Below, piece by piece: positions 11,315 to 21,685 of a DNA stretch of 64,000 bases; the first letter of the stretch is position 1, and every line of letters starts with the position of its first letter. The stretch covers positions 323,461-387,460 of the forward strand of contig JAWLBL010000001.1 in NCBI GenBank assembly GCA_041687695.1, given 5' to 3'. This stretch comes from Myxococcota bacterium (GTDB taxonomy: Bacteria; Myxococcota_A; UBA9042; PHBI01; JAWLBL01). The notes below the pieces were generated by a model. That model was given only the letters and a program-made list of their open reading frames with translations, ran no database searches and was not told where the DNA came from. The translations under genes were made by a program, and so were the position numbers.

Positions 11315-12550
11315 TCAGATCCGGTGAATCAGAAAGCCGCTGGCGAGCTTGGGCTCGAACCACGTGCTCTTGGGAGGCATCACCTGGCCGGCGTCCGCGA
11401 CGGCGAACAGCTCGTCGAGGGAGGTCGGGTACATGGCGAAGGCCGCGCCCTGCCCTGCGGCGTCGACCCGCCGCTCGAGCTCGCCCGTGCCGCGGATGCC
11501 GCCGACGAAGTCGACGCGCGGGTCGGTCCTGGGGTCGGTGATCCCCAGCAGCGGCCCCAGGACGTGATCCTGCAGGATCGCGACGTCCAGGCGCGCGATC
11601 GGATCGTGCTCGTCGACATGCTCGGGCCGGGTCACGAGCTGCCGCCAGGTCCCCTGCAGGTACAGCCCGAAGCCGTGGCGGGCCGGCGGCTCGGCGGCGG
11701 CGCCCGGAGGCCCCACCTCGAACACCTTGGAGAGGGCCTCGAGGAAGCCGTCGGGGGTCAGGCCACCCAGGTCGGCCAGGACCCGGTTGTAGGGCAGAAT
11801 CCGTAGCTGATCGTGGGGGAAGACCACGGCCAGGAAGCGCTCGAAGGGCGCGTCGGTCGGCGCGTCGGGGTGGCGCTGGCGCCGAAGGTCGCGCGTGCGG
11901 GCGGCGCTGGCCGCGCGGTGGTGGCCATCGGCGATGTAGAAGGCGTCCAGCGCGTCCAGGGCCTCGGCGACGGCGGCCTGGTCGGCACCCTGGCGCACCG
12001 GCCACAGCTGATGGCGCACGCCGTTCGGCGTCACCACGTCCATCGCCGGCGCGCCCGCCGTCAGCCGCCGCTCGAGCGTCGCGAGCGCCTCGGTCGCCCG
12101 ACAGGCGAGAAACACCGGCCCCGCGTTGGCCGAGATGGCGTCCGTGTGGCGCGTCCGGTCGTCCTCCTTGTCGCGTCGGGTGTGTTCGTGGCGCTTGATG
12201 CGGCCCTCTTGGTAGTCGGCGACCTCGGCGCAGCCGACGAGGCCCGTCTGCACGTGCTCGCCCATCGTCAAGCGATAGAGCCACAGGGCCTCGCCCTCGT
12301 CCTCGACCAGGACGCCGTCGGCCACCATGCGCTCGAAGGCTAGGCGGGCCTGCGCGTAGGCGACGTCCGAGTGCGGGTCCGCGTCGGGCGGGAGGTCGAT
12401 CTCGGCCCGCGTGACGTGGAAGAAGCTGTCGGGGTTGCCGGCGGCGTAGCGCCGCGCCTCGTCGGTCGACACGACGTCGTAGGGCGGGCAGACCACGCGC
12501 GCGACGCGGTCGGGGGCGGGCTCGAGCGCTCGAAACGGGTGAAGGCGCAT
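11315..12550 (-). CDS. DUF1015 family protein (411 aa)
   Basis: ATG after AGGAG; PPYDVV, IKRHEHT, YIADGHHR, MPPKSTWFEPKL signature. Confidence 0.92.
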   Translation of the reverse strand: MRLHPFRALEPAPDRVARVVCPPYDVVSTDEARRYAAGNPDSFFHVTRAEIDLPPDADPHSDVAYAQARLAFERMVADGVLVEDEGEALWLYRLTMGEHVQTGLVGCAEVADYQEGRIKRHEHTRRDKEDDRTRHTDAISANAGPVFLACRATEALATLERRLTAGAPAMDVVTPNGVRHQLWPVRQGADQAAVAEALDALDAFYIADGHHRAASAARTRDLRRQRHPDAPTDAPFERFLAVVFPHDQLRILPYNRVLADLGGLTPDGFLEALSKVFEVGPPGAAAEPPARHGFGLYLQGTWRQLVTRPEHVDEHDPIARLDVAILQDHVLGPLLGITDPRTDPRVDFVGGIRGTGELERRVDAAGQGAAFAMYPTSLDELFAVADAGQVMPPKSTWFEPKLASGFLIHRI

Positions 12551-12883
12551 GGCGGCTCCTGATGCGGGGAGGTTCGCGCGGACCGTAGAACAGGTCCGCG
12601 AGGTCGGCAATCGCCGGGATCCCGAGATATCCACAGGGCGTTCCCCACGAGGGGGCGAAAAATCCCGCACCCGCGCCGAGCCCGGCTTCCGAGGGGCCAG
12701 GACCGCGCCGCGGGATCCCCCGCGAGGTCGAGTTCGCGACGATTCCCCCACCCGGCGCGCGCCCCGACCGGGGAAATGTCCGCAGACTGAGACCCCGCGG
12801 GCCGCAGGCGCGCGGCGGTCGGGCGGGCCTTTGGGGGCCGTGTCACGGGGGGCCGGGCCATCTGACGGCGTCCTTCGGCGGCG

Positions 12884-12899
12884 TGGCACGCGCCTTGCA
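12884..12899 (+). promoter_or_regulatory. Sigma-54 (RpoN) -24/-12 promoter
   Basis: TGGCACGCGCCTTGCA matches the consensus TGGCACG-N4-TTGCW exactly; it ends about 57 bp upstream of ATG 12957, with a long upstream intergenic region that could hold enhancer sites. Confidence 0.8.
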
Positions 12900-12956
12900 G
12901 CGTACTGGCCGCGACCACGCACCGTGGACGAGCGACCCCACCGAGAGGCCCCCATC

Positions 12957-13262
12957 ATGATGCGCTGTGAATACGACGACGATCGCGACCGGAGCTGGGA
13001 GAAGACGCGCGAGTGCACCCTCTCGCAGTTCGCCGCCCGCAGCGGGGCCCGCGCCGACGCCGTGCCGGCCGAGGTGATGGCCGCGCTGTCCCGCGTGAGC
13101 CAGCCCGAGGACCTGCGGGAGCTGGTCGACACGCAGCGGCCACACATGACGCGCCTGCAGTTCCTGCGCCTCGTCGAGGCCATCGAGCGCCTGTACGGGA
13201 CCGCCTTCACCCGCTGCAGCGGCCTCCCGGTCGATCGCCCCCGCCTCTCTGTCGCCTCCTGA
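12957..13262 (+). CDS. Small hypothetical protein (101 aa), probably sigma-54 dependent
   Basis: GAGAGG RBS before ATG; GC3-biased codons; lies directly downstream of the sigma-54 site. Confidence 0.6.
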   Translation: MMRCEYDDDRDRSWEKTRECTLSQFAARSGARADAVPAEVMAALSRVSQPEDLRELVDTQRPHMTRLQFLRLVEAIERLYGTAFTRCSGLPVDRPRLSVAS

Positions 13263-13307
13263 GAAACGTCGCGTTCTGAGACGACCGCCGCCCACGTCGG
13301 GCGAAGG

Positions 13308-14234
13308 TCACCCCTGGACGCCCGGGCCGCGCCGACCCGCCTCGCGCGCGCGCCGCACCAGGGAGACGACCTCCTCGACGACCGTGTCGACCGAGCGGCC
13401 GGTGGTCTCGACGCGCGCGTGGGCCTGCCCGTACAGCGGCTCGCGCGCGGCGAGCATGGCCTCGAGCTGCGAGTAGGCTTGGGGGTTGCGCCGCATGGGC
13501 CGATCGTCGCCCTGCGCGATGACCCGCTCCCAATGATCGCGGGCGTCGGCGCGCAGCCAGACGGTCAGCGCACCCGCCCGGAGCAGGCGCCACGCGTCGC
13601 GGTGGGTGACCAGCGAGCCGCCCGTCGCGAGGACGGCGGGGCGCCCCTCGTCCAGGAAGGCCTCGAGGACGTCCCGCTCGAGCTGCCGGTAGTGGGGCTC
13701 GCCGTGGATGGCGAAGATCTCGGCCAACGAGAGGCCGGCGACCTCTTCGATCCGCTGGTCCAGCTCGACGAAGGGGAACCCCAGCACGCGGGCGACGCGC
13801 CGGCCCACGGTCGACTTGCCGGCGCCGCGGACGCCGAGCAGGGCCACGACGCCGGGGACCGGATCGCCGAGGGTCGCGTCGAGGGCGGCCTCGACCCGCG
13901 CGAGGGTGACCACGTCGAGGTCCGACAGGCGCGCGACGAGGCGCTGAAGGCGCGCCCGGTGCGGGTCGAGCGCGGCCGGCGCCGGGTAGGTCGCCTGGGG
14001 TTCGGCGGCGACGAGGGAGCGCTCGGGCTCGCCGAGCAGCGCCTCGAGCGGCAGCTCGAGGGCGGCGCACAGCTCCGACAGGCGCGCGATCGAGATGTTG
14101 CCCTGCCCGCTCTCGAGCTGGCCGATGAACCGGACCGACAGGCCGGAGGTGGCGGCCAGGTCGCGGAGGGTCTGCCCGCGCGCGAGGCGGGCCGAGCGCA
14201 CGCGGTGTCCCAGGCGGGTGAGCAGCGTAGACAT
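13308..14234 (-). CDS. boxR: BoxR/BzdR-type regulator (XRE HTH plus shikimate-kinase-like benzoyl-CoA sensor)
   Basis: N-terminal HTH (TLRDLA..SGLSVRFIGQLESGQGNISI); C-terminal GVRGAGKSTVG, ELD..IE, ATGGS, QGDDRPM; divergent from boxC. Confidence 0.9.
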   Translation of the reverse strand: MSTLLTRLGHRVRSARLARGQTLRDLAATSGLSVRFIGQLESGQGNISIARLSELCAALELPLEALLGEPERSLVAAEPQATYPAPAALDPHRARLQRLVARLSDLDVVTLARVEAALDATLGDPVPGVVALLGVRGAGKSTVGRRVARVLGFPFVELDQRIEEVAGLSLAEIFAIHGEPHYRQLERDVLEAFLDEGRPAVLATGGSLVTHRDAWRLLRAGALTVWLRADARDHWERVIAQGDDRPMRRNPQAYSQLEAMLAAREPLYGQAHARVETTGRSVDTVVEEVVSLVRRAREAGRRGPGVQG

Positions 14235-14238
14235 GGGG

Positions 14239-14283
14239 TGCAGTATAGTGCGCTTCGGTTTCGACGCAAGGCAGTATGCTGCT
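14239..14283. promoter_or_regulatory. Two putative BoxR/BzdR operator boxes (TGCA-N6-TGCA-like) overlapping divergent -10 elements
   Basis: TGCAGTATAGTGCG at 14239-14252 and GGCAGTATGCTGCT at 14270-14283; minus-strand TTGCGT-16-TATACT just upstream of the boxR ATG; plus-strand TATGCT at 14275-14280. Confidence 0.55.
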
Positions 14284-14299
14284 TGCATCGACGCCGCGG

Positions 14300-14313
14300 T
14301 TGATCTAGATCAA
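14300..14313. promoter_or_regulatory. FNR/CRP-family box
   Basis: TTGATCTAGATCAA is a perfect TTGAT-N4-ATCAA; an AT-rich palindrome of this kind is unlikely by chance in DNA above 70% GC. Confidence 0.75.
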
Positions 14314-14348
14314 GGCCCACCCTGTTCCCCCTGCCCAGCGAGTGGCCC

Positions 14349-16013
14349 ATGGCAAGCGAGCACAGCCCCCGCCCCGATCTGACCTTCGAGCGCCACCCCG
14401 ACACCTATCGGCACTGGCGCCTGACCGTGGACGGCGACGTCGCCACCCTGGTGATGGACGTGGACGAGGGGGGCGCGGTCGACGGCCGGACCGAGCTGGT
14501 CCTCAACAGCTACGACATCGGCGTCGACATCGAGCTGGCCGACGCCATCCGGCGCCTGCGCTTCGAGCACCCCCAGGTCCGGGCGTGCGTCGTGCGCAGC
14601 GGCAAGGAGCGCATCTTCTGCGCCGGCGCGAACATCCGGGTGCTGGCCGCCTCGACGCACGCGCACAAGGTCAACTTCTGCAAGTTCACCAACGAGACGC
14701 GCCTCGAGCTCGAGGACGCCTCCGCGGTCAGCGGCCTGAAGTTCCTGGCGGCGGTGGGCGGCACGGCCTCGGGCGGCGGGTACGAGCTGGCCATCGCCTG
14801 CGACGAGATCCTGCTGGTCGACGACCGCAGCTCGGCCGTCAGCCTTCCCGAGGTGCCGCTGCTGGGCGTGCTGCCCGGGACCGGGGGCCTGACGCGCGTG
14901 GTCGACAAGCGCAAGGTGCGACGCGACCGCGCGGACTGGTTCTCGACCATCGCCGAGGGCATCAAGGGCAAGCGCGCCGTCGAGTGGAACCTGGTCGACG
15001 CCATCGCGCCCCTGTCGCGCTTCGACGCCGCGGTGGCCGAGCGGGCGCGCCGGCTGGCCGACTCGGTGGCCGGCGACAAGCCCAGCGAGGGCATCCGGCT
15101 GCAGCCGCTGCAGCCCGAGATCGCCGAGGCGCGGTGGACCTACCGCTACGTCGACGTGGCGATCGAAGCCGAGCAGCGCACGGCGACGATCACGGTGGCG
15201 GCGCCCGAGAGCGTCGGGCCCGAAGCGCCCGAGGGCATCCGGGCCGCCGGTGGGGACTGGTGGCCCCTGCGCGCCTTCCGAGAGCTGGACGACGCGCTGT
15301 GCCGCCTGCGCTTCAACGCCGAGGAGGTCGGCACCGTCGTGTTGAAGACGCGGGGCGACCTGGACACCGTCCTCGCCGTCGACGACGTGATGGCGCAGCA
15401 CCAGGGCGACTGGCTGGTCGCCGAGACGCGCCACTTCATCAAGCGCACGCTCAAGCGGCTGGATCTCACCGCGCGCAGCCTGTTCGCGGTGGTCGAGCAG
15501 GGCTCGTGCTTCGCGGGGACGCTGCTGGAGCTGGCGTTGGCGGCCGACCGGACCTACATGCTGGCCGACCCTGACGAAGGCGTCGCCGTGGCGGTGAGCG
15601 CCGCCAACTTCGACGGGACCTACCCGATGTCCAACGGGCTGACGCGGCTCGAGACGCGCTTTCTGGGCGCGCCCGAGGCCGTGGGACGCCTGCGCGAGCG
15701 CCTGGGCGAGCGGCTGGTGACCGAGGACGCCGACGAGCTGGGCCTGGTGACCGACGCGCCGGACGATCTCGACTGGGAGGACACGGTCCGGGTGGCGCTC
15801 GAGGAGCGCGCCAGCCTGTCGCCGGACGCGCTGACGGGCATGGAGGCGAACCTGCGCTTCGCCGGCCCGGAGACCCTCGAGACCAAGATCTTCGGGCGCC
15901 TGAGCGCCTGGCAGAACTGGATCTTCATCCGCCCCAACGCAACCGGCGAGCAGGGCGCCCTGACCCTCTACGGACACCCGCAGCGGCCGGTCTTCGACTG
16001 GCGGAGGACCTGA
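14349..16013 (+). CDS. boxC: 2,3-epoxybenzoyl-CoA dihydrolase BoxC
   Basis: YRHWRL, LNSYDIGVDIELADA, HAHKVNFCKFTNETR, LPEVPLLGVLPGTGG, SPDALTGMEANLRF, FGRLSAWQNWIF. Confidence 0.96.
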   Translation: MASEHSPRPDLTFERHPDTYRHWRLTVDGDVATLVMDVDEGGAVDGRTELVLNSYDIGVDIELADAIRRLRFEHPQVRACVVRSGKERIFCAGANIRVLAASTHAHKVNFCKFTNETRLELEDASAVSGLKFLAAVGGTASGGGYELAIACDEILLVDDRSSAVSLPEVPLLGVLPGTGGLTRVVDKRKVRRDRADWFSTIAEGIKGKRAVEWNLVDAIAPLSRFDAAVAERARRLADSVAGDKPSEGIRLQPLQPEIAEARWTYRYVDVAIEAEQRTATITVAAPESVGPEAPEGIRAAGGDWWPLRAFRELDDALCRLRFNAEEVGTVVLKTRGDLDTVLAVDDVMAQHQGDWLVAETRHFIKRTLKRLDLTARSLFAVVEQGSCFAGTLLELALAADRTYMLADPDEGVAVAVSAANFDGTYPMSNGLTRLETRFLGAPEAVGRLRERLGERLVTEDADELGLVTDAPDDLDWEDTVRVALEERASLSPDALTGMEANLRFAGPETLETKIFGRLSAWQNWIFIRPNATGEQGALTLYGHPQRPVFDWRRT

Positions 16014-16015
16014 GC

Positions 16016-17428
<1,413 letters not shown>

Positions 17429-17493
17429 GTGGACCTCGGGGCTCGGTTCTTCTTCGTCCTCGAGGGCCACGCTCCGTCCGATGAGGCCTGTCG

Positions 17494-18297
17494 ATGCTGA
17501 ACCCCCTGACGTCCCTTCTGCTCGGCGCCGCGCTGGCGGCGCCCGAGCCGGCCGCCGACCGCGAAAAGGCGCTCGACCAGGAGGCGGTGACCGCCGTGCG
17601 CGCTGCGCTCGAGCCCATCGCCGAGCGGCTCGAGCTGGCCGCGCGCGGTGACGCCGAGGCGAAGCAGGCGCTCGGACGCGAGGCGACCGACCCGCTGGCC
17701 GGCTCGCAGCTGGACGCCTGGGTCGCGGGCGCGCGGCAGGTCGAAGGGGCGGCGGACGTGAAGCTGGTCGGCTTCGAGGTGCAGGCGACGCTGTGGTTCG
17801 GCATCGTGCCGCTGCAGCAGGTCGAGCTGTACTACTGGCTGACCGACGACGGCGCCCGTGTGCTGCGGATGACGATGGGCGAGCGGCAGCTGCCCGTGTT
17901 CGGGGTCCCGGACGCGCGCTGGTCGGGCACGGCCGGCGAGGGCCTCGAGCGGCTGGTGTCGCAGGTGCTGGGCGCCGCCCGCGAGCGTCAGTGCGACACG
18001 CTGCCCGTGGTCACGACCGAGGACTATCAGGCGGCCCTGCCCGCGGGCGAGCGCGCCGCGAAGGCGACCATCAGCTATCTGGACCGCTTCAGGCGCGAAG
18101 TGCGCGGCACCTGCCAGGGGCTGGCCGGCGTGCCGTACAACCACGTGACCTGGCGCGTCACCGACATCGGCGGCGTCGTCAAGGCCGAGCAGGCCCAGGG
18201 CGCCTCGCGCAGCTTCCGGATGTTGGTGGAGCAGCGGCCCGACGGGGCCCTGGGGCTCGAGCGCATCAGCACGCCGGTGGCGCCCAAGGAGCGCTGA
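17494..18297 (+). CDS. Hypothetical secreted protein (267 aa)
   Basis: Short signal peptide MLNPLTSLLLGAALAA; coding-like codon bias; no motif recognised. Confidence 0.65.
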   Translation: MLNPLTSLLLGAALAAPEPAADREKALDQEAVTAVRAALEPIAERLELAARGDAEAKQALGREATDPLAGSQLDAWVAGARQVEGAADVKLVGFEVQATLWFGIVPLQQVELYYWLTDDGARVLRMTMGERQLPVFGVPDARWSGTAGEGLERLVSQVLGAARERQCDTLPVVTTEDYQAALPAGERAAKATISYLDRFRREVRGTCQGLAGVPYNHVTWRVTDIGGVVKAEQAQGASRSFRMLVEQRPDGALGLERISTPVAPKER

Positions 18298-18325
18298 ACC
18301 CGCCGCGGAGGCCGCGGCCTTTGTG

Positions 18326-18514
18326 GTCACCGGACGCCCTCGCCGTCGCGGTGACCGGACGCCGTCTGCCGTCGCGGTGACCGGACGCCGTCTGCCGTCG
18401 CGGTGACCGGACGCCGTCTGCCGTCGCGGTGACCGGACGCCGTCTGCCGTCGCGGTGACCGGATGCCGTCTGCCGTCGCGGTGACCGGACGCCCTCGCCG
18501 TCGCGGTGACCGGA
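18326..18514. repeat. Intergenic tandem repeat, about 7.3 copies of 25-26 bp (GTGACCGGACGCCGTCTGCCGTCGCG)
   Basis: Head-to-tail copies start at 18326, 18351, 18377, 18403, 18429, 18455, 18481 and 18506 (partial); the two outer full copies are a 25-bp variant; no spacers. Confidence 0.95.
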
Positions 18515-18687
18515 GGCGTCAGGTCTGCGGGCGCGTCACCAAGGCGTTGATGGAGTGGGCCGAGGACCAGCGCCGGTCCCCGCCTCAGCGCACGGCGCGC
18601 GAGGAAGGGGACACGGAGCGCCGGGTGAGCGAGAGCCCCGACCCGGCGCGAGGGGCGCGCCGAGCCGAGCCGAGCAAGCGCCGCGCG

Positions 18688-21498
18688 CTACTCGAGGTCG
18701 CCGCCGACGACCAGGTAGCCCTCTTGCTTGGAGATGTCGAGCGCGCCGAGCTTGAGCACGGCGCCCTGCGGCAGCCCTGGGACCAGGGCGCCGAGGTCGA
18801 TCTCGGGTAGCTCGATGGGCCCGAAGGTCTGGCCGACGATGAAGCCGCCGAGGAGATCGCCCAGGCTGTTCTCGAGCAGGTCGCGCAGATCGATGAAGTC
18901 GATCTCGGTGAGGCTGAGGACCTCGACGTCCAGGTAGACGAGCTCGTCCACGGACACCGAGAGCCCGCCCGCGTCCGAGAGGAACGAGATGGACAGGGCG
19001 GCGTCGAGGAAGACCGTCGCCTGGATGGGGAAGCCGAGGATGTTGCCGTCGATCTCGGCGTAGAGGTCACCGATCTGGGCCTCGATGGCGTTGGCGTCGC
19101 TGCAGTCGTTGACGACCGGCGGAAGGAGCCACGACAGCTCGAGCTGCAGCCCGTCGATGGGCAGGCCGCCGCCGCCACCGCCCGTGAGGGCGCCGAGGTC
19201 GAGCGGGCCGTCGAGGAAGCTGGACCACCAGACTGCGAACACGGCGGCGTTGATGGCGTCGGTCTTGCCGGCGATGCCGACGGAGCGCGACCAGTCGTAC
19301 TCGAAGGTGTCGGACAGGCCCAGCAGGCAGCCGTCACGCTGGATGGCGCCGTGGGGGTCGCGTTCCACGCCCTTTTCGGCGTAGGCGCCCAGGCTCATCC
19401 CCAGCGTGCCGCCGTCGTCGGTGAACACCACGCTGGTGAGATCGGTGTAGATGTCCAGCAGGATGGGCTCGGGCTTGGGCCCGAGCAGCTGGGGCAGCTC
19501 GAACTGCGTGTCGAAGGCCAGCATGAGCAGCAGGCTCTCGAGGAGATCGTCGGCGAAGGTCTCGATGATGGGCTGGAGCAGATCGGTGAGCAGCGGCAGC
19601 AGCTGCTGGGTCAGGGGATCGAGCAGGCCCTTGGCGAGGTCCGAGAGGCTGACCAGGGCCGACAGATCGACCGGGAAGGTGTACTTGCCGAGCCCCAGCC
19701 AGCTGAAGGCGCTGAGGTCGGCCGTGACCAGCAGCTCGATGTCCTTGATCGGGTGGATCTCGAAGCCGACGAGATCGAGGTCGAAGGTCTTGAGGTCGAC
19801 GGCCAGCGTGCCGCCCGGGGGCATGTGGATGTCGATCTTGGTGAGGATCGAGATCTCTTCGGCGTCGGCGCCCGTCTCGAGGGTGGCGGTGGCGCTGGCG
19901 TCGACCTTGTTGGAGCCGAAGATGCTGCTCCAGCCGAGCTCGCCGACCAGGGCCGCCTGCACCTGCAGGGTCAGGTCGAGGCCGTTGGCGGTCCCGTCGC
20001 CGAAGGCGATGCTGGAGTCGATGCCGCCGGTCCGCGAGTCGATGGCGACGGTCGTGGGGCCGATGCCCGTCGGCTGCACGAGGGCCGCCGAGAGCTTGAT
20101 GTGACCCTTGAGCGTGGCCTGCACGACGAAGAGGTCGATGGTCTGGTTGATGATGGGGATGGTCTGGTCGAGGGCGATGCCCTGGGTGAGCTGGGTGATG
20201 TCGAGGTCACCGAGCAGGACCTCGAGCAGGGTCGCCAGATCGTTGATGTGGCTGTGGTCGTGGACGCCGTCGTCGAGGAACTTCTGGCCGAGCAGCAGCT
20301 GCACGCCGTCGTCCTGCTTGACGCCCTGGGCGCTCTGGTCGACGAAGCTGATGTAGGACTTGGAGTAGTGGTAGGTCGGCGTCAGCTTGGTGCGGTTGCC
20401 GCGGCTGTCCTCGGCGACGGCCACGATGACGTTGAGGCCCCAGACCGGCAGCATCGGGACCTTGAAGGTGCCGTCGGCGCCCAGGGTGATGACCTCGCCG
20501 TTGAGCTCGAACTTGGCGACGTCCGAGAAGGCGTCGGTCACCGTGCCGACCAGCTCGACCGGGCTGCCGTCGCCCTGGATGGTGACGCCGCGCTCGGGCC
20601 ATTTCAGGTTGATGACGGGGCCGCTCTCGTCGACCACGAGGGTCAGCGAGTCGTGGAGCAGCTCGTAGGGCGGGTCGAGCTGCACCTGGGTGACGAAGAC
20701 GCCTTCGTCGGTGAACTGGTACTTGTTGGTGGCCGCGTCGACGACGGTCATGCCGGCGGAGGGGACGGTCAGCGTGCCGGGCAGGCCAGTGATCTCGTTG
20801 CCGTAGACGTCGCGGACGACCCAGTACAGGGTCACCTGGTCCAACACCGAGTAGCCGAGCTTGGCGGGCTTGGCGAGCAGCTCGACCTCGGCGGGATCGC
20901 CGGCGGTGACCTCGAGGGTCGCCGGGACCACCTCGACCTCCGCGCCGGTCACGGAGCAGGCGACCTCGTAGCTCCCGATCACCTCGGACTTGACCGTGTG
21001 GCCGGACACGAGCAGCGCGTCCGGGCCCGAGACGGTCGTCGCGGCCTCGACCGGGTTGCCCCACGCGTCCTCGACCGCGCAGGTGACCCCGGTGGCCTCG
21101 AAGACCTGCACCGTGGGCTTGTCGAGCACGGTCGTGACCTTCACGGGCGCGCCCGCCGTGACCGTCAGGGTGGCGCCGGTCGCGTCCTCGAGGGCGAAGT
21201 ACGGCGACGCGCAGTGCACCTGGTAGGTGCCGGCCACCGTGGGCGACAGCGCCTCGTCCTTGGCCGTCCAGCCGGCGTCGGGTTCCACGCGCCAGGTCGT
21301 CTCACCCTCGACGGTCTCGCCACGTTCATTCAGGATGGTGCACGACACCGACGCCGTCTCGCCCGCCGCGACCGTCGCCGGCGTCACCGCCGTGACCACG
21401 CGATCGGCCACGCGCCCCTCGACCCGCGACCCGCTACAGGCCCCCAGCATCCCGCTCGCGACGGCGAGCGCCGCCCCCATCCCCACGAACGCCTTCAT
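18688..21498 (-). CDS. Large lipoprotein with N-terminal Ig-like repeats and a C-terminal region resembling the BPI/LBP (TULIP) lipid-binding fold (936 aa)
   Basis: Lipobox LGAC; repeated V.C.V.DAWGN / VRDVYGN Ig-like motifs; C-terminal half has long amphipathic strands and KTDAINAAVFAVWWSSFLD. Confidence 0.75.
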   Translation of the reverse strand: MKAFVGMGAALAVASGMLGACSGSRVEGRVADRVVTAVTPATVAAGETASVSCTILNERGETVEGETTWRVEPDAGWTAKDEALSPTVAGTYQVHCASPYFALEDATGATLTVTAGAPVKVTTVLDKPTVQVFEATGVTCAVEDAWGNPVEAATTVSGPDALLVSGHTVKSEVIGSYEVACSVTGAEVEVVPATLEVTAGDPAEVELLAKPAKLGYSVLDQVTLYWVVRDVYGNEITGLPGTLTVPSAGMTVVDAATNKYQFTDEGVFVTQVQLDPPYELLHDSLTLVVDESGPVINLKWPERGVTIQGDGSPVELVGTVTDAFSDVAKFELNGEVITLGADGTFKVPMLPVWGLNVIVAVAEDSRGNRTKLTPTYHYSKSYISFVDQSAQGVKQDDGVQLLLGQKFLDDGVHDHSHINDLATLLEVLLGDLDITQLTQGIALDQTIPIINQTIDLFVVQATLKGHIKLSAALVQPTGIGPTTVAIDSRTGGIDSSIAFGDGTANGLDLTLQVQAALVGELGWSSIFGSNKVDASATATLETGADAEEISILTKIDIHMPPGGTLAVDLKTFDLDLVGFEIHPIKDIELLVTADLSAFSWLGLGKYTFPVDLSALVSLSDLAKGLLDPLTQQLLPLLTDLLQPIIETFADDLLESLLLMLAFDTQFELPQLLGPKPEPILLDIYTDLTSVVFTDDGGTLGMSLGAYAEKGVERDPHGAIQRDGCLLGLSDTFEYDWSRSVGIAGKTDAINAAVFAVWWSSFLDGPLDLGALTGGGGGGLPIDGLQLELSWLLPPVVNDCSDANAIEAQIGDLYAEIDGNILGFPIQATVFLDAALSISFLSDAGGLSVSVDELVYLDVEVLSLTEIDFIDLRDLLENSLGDLLGGFIVGQTFGPIELPEIDLGALVPGLPQGAVLKLGALDISKQEGYLVVGGDLE

Positions 21499-21685
21499 TG
21501 CACGCCCCCTACGGCCCTTGGGCCGGCTCTCTCGGTGGCGCGCAGCGTAGCACAAATGAGCCGTGGGAATGCACGGCGTCCGCCATGCGTCGTGCTTGGT
21601 TTCCGCTCCGCGCCTCGCTCGCCGCGCCCTCCGCCCGCCCTGCCCCCTTGTCACCCCGGCCCTCCGTCCCCATAGTGCGGCGCCC

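Noticed and set aside
12627..12649. DnaA boxes or replication origin (ATATCCACA, TTCCCCACG)
   Set aside because: Only two imperfect matches, no AT-rich unwinding element and no dnaA context.
18326..18514. CRISPR array
   Set aside because: Units are head-to-tail with no spacers, and there are no cas genes in the window.
21499..21685. Rifamycin-associated element (RAE) upstream of helD, and a minus-strand sigma-54-like site at 21570-21585
   Set aside because: No RAE palindrome seen; the sigma-54-like site (TGGCGGACGCCGTGCA) keeps the GG/GC spacing but has several mismatches, too weak to call.
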